A stretch of DNA of 63,145 bases, counting the filler, from Kipferlia bialata (Eukaryota), in NCBI GenBank assembly GCA_003568945.1. It is 7 parts of 7 records of this genome, joined end to end, with 100 filler letters (N's around TTAATTAATTAA, not from the genome) between each part and the next. Parts side by side here need not be neighbours in the genome. Positions count along the whole stretch, not along the records: positions 47,770 to 59,219 come from BDIP01001235.1; positions 59,320 to 63,145 come from BDIP01001273.1; 5 more parts are not named here. One strand, 5' to 3'. The translations under genes and the position numbers were made by a program. Under the pieces are notes generated by a model. That model worked only from the letters and a program-made list of their open reading frames with translations. It was not told where the DNA came from and did no database searches. Below are positions 52,996-63,145 of the stretch, in pieces. Positions within the stretch are counted from its first letter, which is position 1. Every line of letters starts with the position of its first letter.

Positions 52996-54120
52996 CCTTG
53001 CGACCCTCAAGATTGGTCAGGTCCATAGCAGTCGGGAGCATGACCGCCGGGCCCTAGACGTCAATAGAAGTAAATAGAAGTCAAGAGAGGTCAATCGAGG
53101 TCAATGTAGTGCCACATGATGATACATCTGACTCAAGATCGCAATGTCTGAGGGTACATATACATGTACCTCCTTATATATATATATATATATATGATGC
53201 AAAAGTCTACACTCCTGACCGACCGAGTCCAGCATATACAACATGATATATCTACTACATATATACATATATATATATAGATATATGGTACTTGATACCT
53301 CTGACTCCAGGCCTAACTGTCTGAGAATGTACATGTCCCAGTGTATGGTTTCATACACATATCAATATTTACACACACATAAATATGATGCATAGTAACT
53401 ACACGATACCTCTGACTCCAGGCCGCACTGTCTGACAGAGTTGTTACCAAAACAGTAGACAAGGCCTGCAATAAGGGTGCAAAGAGAGAGAGAGAGAGAC
53501 AGATTCAAAGCAGTAGACAAGGCCTGGAATGAGGAGGAAAGAGGGAAAATATGAGTGACGAACCTGGTGGTAAAGAATGAATTTAGTAAATACATCAGGT
53601 ATGCACCAGCCTCAGATACTGATTCATATGGTGAATATAGGTATTGTATATTCAATATCAATGAATAATGAATACTACTATGGAGTGATCATCTACAAGA
53701 CTATGATTTAACTTATATGTTAGCTTATAGTATAGTATATATAGTATTAGTGGTTGATATAGTATTTATAGAATATATATGTGTAGTATGACCATGGAGT
53801 GATCATCTACAAAACTATGACTTCATTCACAGTAGGTGTCACTAATACATGCACAAACGTGTATTTATATATATATATATATAATTGTGTAGTATATACC
53901 TGACTCCAGTATGACCATGGAGTGATTACCACCCGCTGCCACCCTGACCACTCTGTCACTAGGGGGCCATTGAGGCTCAACCTATAGATTAGTATATATA
54001 TATGGAGAGAGAGAGTGTGTGTGAGTGGAAGAGAGAGAGACTGCTGCCACTCTGTCACTGGTGGGCCATTGAGGCTCTACCTACAGGTAAGTACACACTA
54101 TTAGTAATTGACAATGTGAA

Positions 54121-54169
<49 letters not shown>

Positions 54170-57100
54170 TGTACCTACAGATCACTACTACTATATATAT
54201 AATACATATATACACTCATATTCAACCGTGTATGTATGTAGAACCCAACCGTACCCTGACCTAGTTTTATGATCGTGTTGGTAACTATAATAATGTATAC
54301 TACTATGTATATACTTCTGTGTCTAGAGATATACATATATGAAGAGAGAGAGAAATACTCACCCTGACCCAGTTGTATGATATTTCGATATATATATCAT
54401 GAATATCGATATATATATTACAAAGATACTACACATATACCCCCAACATATATTGTATATATAGTGATATACGTATATATATACTATGCAAGCGTACCCT
54501 ATATATATATCTATATATATATATATACTAGAAATACTCACCCTGACCCAGTTGTATGAGCGTGTCTCGTCGGGTATCACTCCACACCCCAGCTCTCCAT
54601 TGTAGTTGTTGCCAACTGATACAACGTCACCTGGGTGTGAAGGAATCGCGTAGAACAGCAATCGCGTAGAAACACGGTGATGCATACACACGCAATTATT
54701 GACTACATAGTGAACTTGAGCTAAATACTGTCGAGGGTCAAAGAGTCGTGTAGAAACACGTATAATTATGAATATAGGAATTAGATGCCAGTTTCCATGG
54801 GTATCAGGCCGTGGAAATTCTCACATATTCATTGATACTCATATATATATATATATACTGTATATATTCTATCCACTATGAAATACTAGCAATAGGGCAT
54901 GGCCACCCCCAACCATACACTGTGTATATATACACACTCAGTATACTATACTCTATATATATATATATACATACCAGTCTCCATGAGCAACCATAAACTG
55001 TATATATATATATATATATTAATATAGATATACACTATGTCTACTGTATATTATTATTATAAATATATTACAATATTATGATATACATACCAGTCTCCAT
55101 GAGCATAAGGGCATGGGCTCCACCGACTGCAATGTCAACGATCCTGGCTGGAATAAGGGGCTAGAGGGGGAGAGAGAGAATGTCAAAAATCCCGACTGGA
55201 ATAAGGGGCTAGAGGGAGAGAGAGTGAGAATCGTAAGAATACACTGCGATGTCAACGATCCTGGCTGGAATAAGGGGCTAGAGGGAGAGGGAGAGAAAGG
55301 GGTATATTGGTGACACGTGAAACCTTCATGTGTACGAATATAGTATGTCATGTAAGATATATCATACATATACCGTCTCTGAGCAGAGAGGTTGCTGGAT
55401 GACAAGTTGTCATTGACACCACAGCATACATATAGTATAGTAAACTGTATTCACTAACAATACTATGATCTCCATACTATACAGCACCATCTCTGAGCAG
55501 AGTTGCAATATTTTTGAAACCCTACCATAAGGGGCTAGAGGGAGAGAGAGAGAGAGTCAATAGGTCAACAACCGTTGCCGGTAAGAGAAGGAGAACCAAG
55601 ATACATAGTATACATAGCATACACACCATCTCTGAGCAGGGGTGACACCACGACGGGTGTCCCATACTTGATGACAGCAGGATAGCCATCCTCATCTAGA
55701 CTGAATATAAGGGGGTAGAGGGAGAGAGNNNNNNNNNNNNNNNNNNNNNNNNNNNNNNNNNNNNNGGGGGTAGAGGGAGAGAGAGAGATAACAGCAGGAT
55801 AGCCATCCTCATCTAGACTGGAGATGAGGGAGACAGCGAGAGAAACACTCGAATATATGAAGACTGAGTGTCAAGGTGTATACATTAGACTGAAGTATGT
55901 ATATAAAATAGACTGAAGGTATGTTGAAGGAGAGAGAGAATGTACATATTACTACGTACAGTCCTGTTCCACCCTCCCGACTACAAGTTATATTTGTACA
56001 TAGTGAGCATATACTCTTTGTGACACACACACAAATACTGTGTACTCATATATACACAACGTACAGTCCTGTTCCACCCTCCCCATTGGCATTGCCACCG
56101 AAGGAATAGACCTGGCCCTGGGATAAAAAACAAAGGAAATGATATAAGGGTCTAGACGGAAATATATACACATATATAATTGGAAATATATATACACATA
56201 TATAATTGTATATGCATATATATAACTGTACATACATGTTTGTCTACACATTTGTGAATAGACCTGGCCCTGGGATAAGAGAATACCTAGTCCCATACAC
56301 ACATACATATATATATATATGGATTGACGTGAAAACACTTGCCTTGAGGTAAGTGGATTGAGAGAGTGCGAAAGAGGAATCTTCAAGATGGAAAATGATA
56401 ATACTATAAATACATACACACCTGAACACATATCTACGGTATACATATACATCAATATTCACCTCAGTTGTCAGTACGTAGGTGGTGGAACCGCCTGTGA
56501 AGGTCTTAACTGGGGTGCCTAGGATAAAAGGGTGCAGGGAGAGAGAGAGATATTCATATTTAGGTGGTCTTCACTGGGGTTCCTGTGATCATTGATCACT
56601 GATCAATGGTGTAGAATGAGAGGGTATCAGAAAGAGAGGTGTTGTATGTGATGGTTGAGAAGACCAAGAGAGCATGATGCAAATAGGATGCAGGTAGAGA
56701 GAGTGAGAGAGCAGAAAGCAGACTGCAAGAACACGCACCTCGAATACCGGTTGGAATTCTGTTGATGATTGGCCTGAGTGTCAGTACAGGGAGTGAAGAT
56801 ATATAATATGTTTATATCATAGGTATATAGATACATATACACGTCAAGCGGGGGTATGTATCTACATATACATGAAGGGGTTCATTGGGGATATATGTAT
56901 GCGTACAATATATAGAAATACGTAAGATAATTTGTATATAGTTCATATCTAGTAATGTAGTATATGTGTGAGAGAACCACCCAGCCTTGGATGAGTGGTA
57001 TCCATTGACTTGTTACATTGACGTGAATGTGTACTATTGCTGCTGAGTATCACTTGAATATTGATAGAGAGAGAAAGATAGTATAACCAGTGCACGCTAG

Positions 57101-59159
57101 GGTTTCAAAAAGCCTACTGCACGCACACTGCTGAGTCGTCTGTCTTGCCAGTTCCCGTTTCGCACTATATATATATATACTTACTTATATATAGATAGAG
57201 TAGGTGTGCACTATAATCACGTACACTGCTGAGTTGTCTGTCTTGCCATTCCCGAGCTGGTACTGGGTGTTAAAGCCCCAGGCCCAGACTGACAATAAGG
57301 GTGTAGGGGGAGAGAGAATAAGGGTCTAGAGGGAGAGAGTCTAGGGGTGTAGGTGGAGAGAGAATAAGGGTGTAGGTGGAGAGAGAATAAGGGTCTAGAG
57401 GGAGAGAGACTAGGGGTATAGGCGAGAGATTAAGGGTGTAGGGAACGACAATAAGGGTGTGGCGGTCAGAGGGAGCACATCCTGCATACCACAAACATTT
57501 ACTATATACAATATATATACTATAGCACATATATATAATACTATACTATAGCACATATATAATATACGTAGCACATCCTGCATACCATTGCTTCTATCAT
57601 CCACTGCAATGGAGTATATATATGTATATACATGTATATGTATGTATAGGTATGTGTATGTACTATATATATACTATATACTATATATATAGCACATACC
57701 ATTGCTTCTATCATCCACTGCAAAGGAGTATATAAATTATTTTGTATATATAAATATGTATGTACTATATATATAGCACATACCATTGCTTCTATCATCC
57801 ACTGCAAAGGGGTATACACATATATATATATTACACTATTCACTATATTCACACTGCATACCATTGCTTCTATCATCCACTGCAAAGGTGGAACCGAACC
57901 CACAGGACACAGACACAATCTGGTGGATAAGGGTGCAGAGAGAGAGAGAGAGAGATGGAGAGAGAGAGAGGACGAACCCACAGGACACAGACGCAATCTG
58001 GTGGATAAGGGTGTAGAGGGAGAGAGACACACACAGGACACAGACACAATCTGGTGGATAAGGGTGTAGAGGGAGAGAGAGAGAGAGACAGAGGACACAG
58101 ACACAATCTGGTGGATAAGAACGGGTCTACAAAGGTATTGAGAGAGAGAGAGAGTGTGTGTGTGTATGTGAGTGTGTGAGAGAGATATGTATATATTATG
58201 TTGCTACTGAAGAATGACTGGGGAATATAGAGGGTGTAGAATCTACACCCTCTACACTGTAGATATATATTTACACTATATTATTCTTACTAATTACCAT
58301 ATATATATGTATATGTATCTATATCTATATACCTTGTTGCCCCTGAAGGATGACTGGGGTATATAGAGGGTGTAGATATATATATATATGCTATCGTATT
58401 CTTACTAATTACCATACATATATATATATATATATATAGATAGATATAGATATACCTTGTTGCCCTTGAAGGATGACTGGGGTATCCTGGTGAAGGTGGC
58501 ACTGGGGGGTCAGATATATAGTATCTATACATGTATATACATATAATATATAAATATGGTATATGTAAATATAGTATGTATAGGGTGTAGTATATATATA
58601 AGGATGGCTGGGGTATCCTGGTGAAGGTGGCCCTGGGGTAAGTAGTGTCACATAGACATAAACTATATACTTCCATAGAAATACCAACCAATAGTTAGTA
58701 GGCCCAGTACATACATAAAAGAGAAGGAGAAAAAGAACATATCCAAGACCCCAGTCACCAACGACCAGGAAGAAAGAATCTACACAAATTCTATTGAATA
58801 TTATCAAAGACTTTTTTAGAGAAGTATTACTATACATACAAAAATTGTATTCAAACGTACAGGTGGCTCTCCGTTGTGCCCAGCCCCAGTTGTCCGTATG
58901 TGTTCTGTCCCACCCCATACAGACTGCCCTAGGGGTCAACAGTAGTCAACAGTAGTCAATAGTAGTCCATAGTGGTCCATAATAGTCAATACATCACAGA
59001 GTGCCCTGGGAGTAAATGGAATCTAAGAATCGTAAGTAGGGTTAAGGTATTTATAGTATATATGATTACTACATAGCGAGATACATACACTTGCCTCTTT
59101 GGTCAATAGCATGGTGTGGTGGCTACCCACACACCCATCGATGACATCCTCGGGATACC
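47821..59159 (-). CDS. RCC1-repeat protein fused to C-terminal GH18-like glycoside hydrolase domain (5'-truncated, >20 tiny exons)
   Basis: RCC1 blades: VGSHHTMLLTKEGSLYGVGQNTYGQLGLG, VWAWGFNTQYQLGNG, GQVYSFGGNANGEGGTG, IAVGGAHALML..GDVVSVGNNYNGELGCG, LVYCFGNNSVRQCG, AAGGQYHTVLLDDTG. GH18-like part: YRAWPMIT, PFISRAVSVALDNGYTGYNMDFEP, DYAAFVTMFADALHRAG, IITMD, GVQEIDIW...SSQYA*. Confidence 0.8.
57293..57462 (-). repeat. Tandem array of the intron 3'-end motif (plus strand AATAAGGGT(G/C)TAG...GAGAGAG), ~7 units
   Basis: Visible ~21-24-nt imperfect repeats immediately upstream of the VWAWGFN exon acceptor. Confidence 0.8.
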
Positions 59160-59166
59160 TAGAGGT

Positions 59167-59219
<53 letters not shown>

Positions 59220-59319
59220 NNNNNNNNNNNNNNNNNNNNNNNNNNNNNNNNNNNNNNNNNNNNTTAATTAATTAANNNNNNNNNNNNNNNNNNNNNNNNN
59301 NNNNNNNNNNNNNNNNNNN

Positions 59320-59370
<51 letters not shown>

Positions 59371-59371
59371 C

Positions 59372-59601
59372 GGCGGCGAATATCCAAACGAACACGACCG
59401 CTGAACCCTAGTCAGCATGTCCATCCCCAAGAAATGGTATGCAAAGGCGAATAGCCAGGAAGTGACACAGAACCACTATGTCTCTCACTCAACCACTTAC
59501 CGAAGCAGCTTCATGTTCTCAGACTCCACGAACATCTTCTCCTCCTTCTCTTCTGTCTCCTGTTTACTGCCAGAGGCAGCATCCACGGTGCTCTCTGCCA
59601 T
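59372..59601 (-). CDS. 5' end of unknown gene, head-to-head with CFAP96
   Basis: ATG at 59601: MAESTVDAASGSKQETEEKEEKMFVESENMKLL, then a GTAAGT donor, a CTGACTAG acceptor and sense-strand poly-C at the contig end. Confidence 0.45.
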
Positions 59602-59770
59602 CCTCCTGAGAGAGTGCAGAGTCATGACACTGTCAATGACAGGAATAGCAAAAACAGTGAAAAAGGGTAGATATAGATAGCTAGTCAGGCGTCTCGGTTC
59701 TGGTCATCGTCCTTTTACCGGTTCTACTGCTTGGAGCACTGGACCGCTGCTTCTTTCACCACACTAACCA

Positions 59771-61082
59771 ATGTTTTCCACGTTCTCCAAGCCCATTTTC
59801 CTTGGGAGCTCGGGCAGGGATCCATACTGTGATCCATGCAAGACTCCCATTGAGGTTGCGTCACGTAGGAGGCGGTACGGGCGTCAGATGAGTTCTCAGG
59901 GCAGTAAGAAGGGCAAGAGTCCTTCTAGCTTCATCCAGAAGGTACACAAGAGTCTTCTAAGACGCACCACTGGTCTTAAATCTACTATTCGTCCTCGGGT
60001 CAGGACCTTCCCTCTTCATCCCTTACGGTAGGAATACGTACCGGCCAGTGTTGGCGAGCAATACAGGAGCCCACCAGCTCAGATCTTCCGTGTCCCTGAC
60101 AAGAAGTGAGTGTACCTTAACATAGTTGTCTGTCAAATCCATCTCTGGGTCAGTCTAACCTACAGGCTGGCTGTTGCAACCCGTCCTTTCCTGCCCTCCA
60201 CTCCAGCTAAGAAGACCACCGGTCCCGGGTCTCGTTACACCGGTATATTAGTTGTGTATACTTCAGTATCTCCTTTGTAAGCTTTTGAAGTAGTTCATCT
60301 ACCCATACCCACCCCAGAGCTGTCTCGCTTTGAGCACATGACGACCACCTCGCCCAATGCCACCAGGGGCACCCCCAAGCAGAAGTACAACCACCACGAG
60401 CCGAAGGGGTTCCTGACTGCCCCTGCCAAGTCGCAGTCTCTGTTCCAGTCCTCCCCCACGGTGGAGCCCATCAAGGACAAGGTGGGGGTGGATGGTGGAT
60501 GGTGGATAGACATCAGTGGGGTATCATATGTGTATAAGGGGAACTGCTGTATCATCTGCCTTACTACCTCTCTGTATCTGACGCCAGGCCAGGAAGTATG
60601 CGTCCTCCCGGTACAGACCCACCACAGCCAGACTGGTCCAGTCCTACAGGATCCCAAGGTCCGGCAGTGGCCTCTTCGACCCATCCGGTCCCTATGCCCC
60701 CACTGTGTCCCCCACCGCTGCCCCAGCCAAGGACCCCTCGTCCAGTCCCACCCGTACCCCAAGGAGGGCAAAGTCAACACCAAGAGGTAGGATGGAGCAC
60801 TGGCATGTCTGTATATGTAGTATCACTCTTGTCACCCCCCCTCCCCCCTTACCCCTAGGCAGCGCCAGTATGCCCCGGCCCAACTCGGCCCCCTTCCTGC
60901 CCACCACCCCCAGGTCCAGGAACATGACCCGCACCTTCACCCCCCACCCGCCCTATGTCTCAGACGACTACGCCTCCTTCGAGAGGGCCAGGAGCGACAT
61001 CGGCCGCAAGCCCGGCGGCCCCACCTTCCACACCACCTCCGCAGTGCACGGGGGCCCATCCAGGAGTGTCATCTTCCACTGA
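59771..61082 (+). CDS. CFAP96: Cilia/flagella-associated protein CFAP96 (C4orf47/DUF4586) homolog, 6 exons
   Basis: FSKPIFLG...DPY...RQMSSQGSKKG...F.KEY...GEQY...RPFLPSTPAKKTTGPGSRY...KGFLTAPAK...PFLPTTP...TFTPHPPYVSDDY...GPSRSVIF* follows the C4orf47 family motif order. Confidence 0.7.
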
Positions 61083-61578
61083 CAGCACTGACGGCAGTGC
61101 CCACTGGTGGTGCCATGGGAGTATGGGTGTAGGGGAAGGCTCCTCAGAGTGAGTGCAGCCGCGTAGAATTAGGTTTTTGTGAGACAGTGTCTTGGGTCTT
61201 TTTGGGCCCTGGGACTGGCATTGATTGATTGAGGTAGTAGTGTATGAGTATGGTTATTCCTCAGGTCAGTTGGCTTGAGAGAGTGTGTATTATGATATTT
61301 TCAGTGATGTAGACCGTTAATGTATGGACAGCTGATGTGGTGGCATGAGTTGCTGATATGGCAGGGATAGCATCGATTTCCCAGTAATTCAATGATGACT
61401 CATCATTGACTTGTTCTGGCAGCGTATACTACTATACTTAAGGTCACTTAGGCTAAACTACGTGAGCTGTGAGGTTCACCGATGGTGAAGAAGAAGACCC
61501 ACGTAGGATTTTTGGTGAGGGTCCAGGCTTCGCTAGTAATTGATTTGATTGTGCTCACACTGACCCTCTTCTATAGAG

Positions 61579-63050
61579 ATGGTGGAGAGTACCGTCACCG
61601 TGCCCCAGGCATCTGCCGAGCTGCTAGCCAATGCTGACACCTACGATGACTGGATTGAGGGCAGGGACTACAAGAATGAGACCGTGGCCACCATGTTCAG
61701 ACAGAGCGTCGAGAGGTGGGTGTCTGGGGCATATCTGATATTGGCACATTAGTGCACACACATCCATCTATTATATGTATACTGTGCACTTATCGCGTTG
61801 GTGGGTAGACTAGCTGTGGTGGAAAGTGTAGTATTCACCATTGCTGGATGTATTCCACATGTTCACTCGGATGACGATTGTATGTATTGTTGCCTCCATA
61901 TTCGGCCATCTATTAATACATCGGTCTCCCACATGTCATATTAGTCCATCCACGTGTTGATGACAGTGTTCTCATTGACTACAGTGTGGTAACAGTTACA
62001 TATATATGCCCCATATTCTGCCACATCTGAGTTGACTCGTCTCACGCTAGGTTCAGTGAGCGTGATGCTGTGGGTGAGAGGGTGAAGCTGAGTGACACAG
62101 AGTACGGGGACCACTACGTGTACAAGAGCTACAGAGACATGGGGGCTGAGACAGATGAGATCACCAAGGTGGGGTGGGGTATCAGTAGAGTGAGGGTCGG
62201 ATTGATGTAGTTGTATATGTTTGTGCTGACCCCAGGTGCTGGACAAGCTGGGTGTGTCCATGGGTGACACAGTGGCCCTGTACGCCCTCAACAAGCCCCG
62301 GTGGACTGAGACTGACATTGCTATCAAGCTGAGAGGTGCCATCACAGTGCCCCTGTACAGGTTGGTGTAGTATAGGGTACTCTCTCCTTCCCTCTCTGCC
62401 TATGGTATGACAACCCCCCCCCCCCTTACCCCCAGCACCCTTGGACCCGAGCGTCTGCAGTATGTGCTTGTGCACTGCTGTGCTCAGGTGGTGTTCTGCG
62501 ATGCCCACTACCTCCCTAGACTGCTGGGGTCGGCACACCTCTGCCCAGACCTCAGGTGGGTGCGCCTCTCTCTCTCTCTCTCTCTGCCACTCTGGCCGTG
62601 TCTATTACTGCAAGAGTTATCTTTCTCACCACAGGGCTGTTATCTGTCTGCAGGACTTCGACGAGGCAGAGGTACGCAGAGAGACAGTGTCTCTATGTAC
62701 TATGGGGAGTGTAATACAAACAGTGGAAGTGTTGTGAGATCTATTCCCCTCTCCCTCTCCCCCCAGGTTCTGACCAGTGCCCGTGACCAGTACGTCCATG
62801 CAGATGCACCTGCCAACGAGGTGGGTGTCTCTCTGTTGCATTACAAGACAGCATCTGACGTTGGCTCTGTCCAATACTCTGTGACTCACCCCCTAGGCCC
62901 AGCAGTGCTTCAGCGAGGCCCGTCTGTCTCTGTACACCATCAACCCTCACACCGCCCACTCCTCTGACGCCGCCCCTGACTCCCCTGAGGAGACCCAGGC
63001 CACAGGGGACGGACAGGACCTGGCACCATTCATGCCATGGGGGGAGGAGG
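61579..63050 (+). CDS. ACSL: Long-chain acyl-CoA synthetase (AMP-binding), N-terminal part; runs off window
   Basis: ETVATMFRQSVERFSERDAVGER...YVYKSYRD...LGVSMGDTVALYALNKPRWTETDIAIKLRGAITVPLYSTLGPERLQYVLVHCCAQVVFCD. An upstream ATG at 61482 is possible. Confidence 0.9.
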
Positions 63051-63145
63051 TATGGCACTGTTTATATATATTAGTTATTGTATCCAACCCCCCCCCCCCC
63101 CCCCCCCCCCCCCCCACCCCCGTGCGGTACCCCCCAAGCCCCCCC

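Noticed and set aside
37169..58939. Many ORF-track entries rich in YI, LS or ER repeats
   Set aside because: Translations of intronic (TA)n, (CT)n and (GA)n microsatellites.
11591..59275. Six copies of palindromic TTAATTAATTAA
   Set aside because: Always centred in N blocks, so an artificial contig linker. Synteny across these points means nothing.
1..63145. tRNA, rRNA, snRNA genes, intact transposase/RT, alternative genetic code
   Set aside because: None recognised by eye, and conserved genes translate with the standard code. Small RNAs would need tRNAscan or Infernal.

Overview
Intron-rich eukaryotic DNA, most consistent with an anaerobic fornicate/metamonad flagellate such as Kipferlia (inferred from gene content and splice signals, not verified). 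The window is not contiguous: six 100-nt spacers (N44-TTAATTAATTAA-N44) join seven pieces, and there are three plain N gaps. Genes recognised by splicing exons by eye: hybrid cluster protein (hcp, ~20 exons), RPB3 with an extra ferredoxin-like Cys motif, a Ubc7/UBE2G/Cdc34-class E2, a degenerate Rab-like GTPase head-to-head with CDC23/APC8, a DRG GTPase preceded by SMC-like exons, a three-part protein (giant-virus-like GNDG motif + C3H zinc finger + DUF1963), a kelch gene with a frameshifted paralog, an RCC1-repeat/GH18 fusion, CFAP96 and a long-chain acyl-CoA synthetase. Several multi-exon ORF regions could not be assigned. The most unusual signal is in the introns. Many contain diverged tandem copies of the neighbouring exon ends with splice sites: acceptor copies upstream of the real exon, donor copies downstream. 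The branch A usually sits 7 nt before the intron end with the pyrimidine tract upstream of it, and one gene shares a single intron 3'-end motif across most of its introns. Exon coordinates are hand-derived and approximate.
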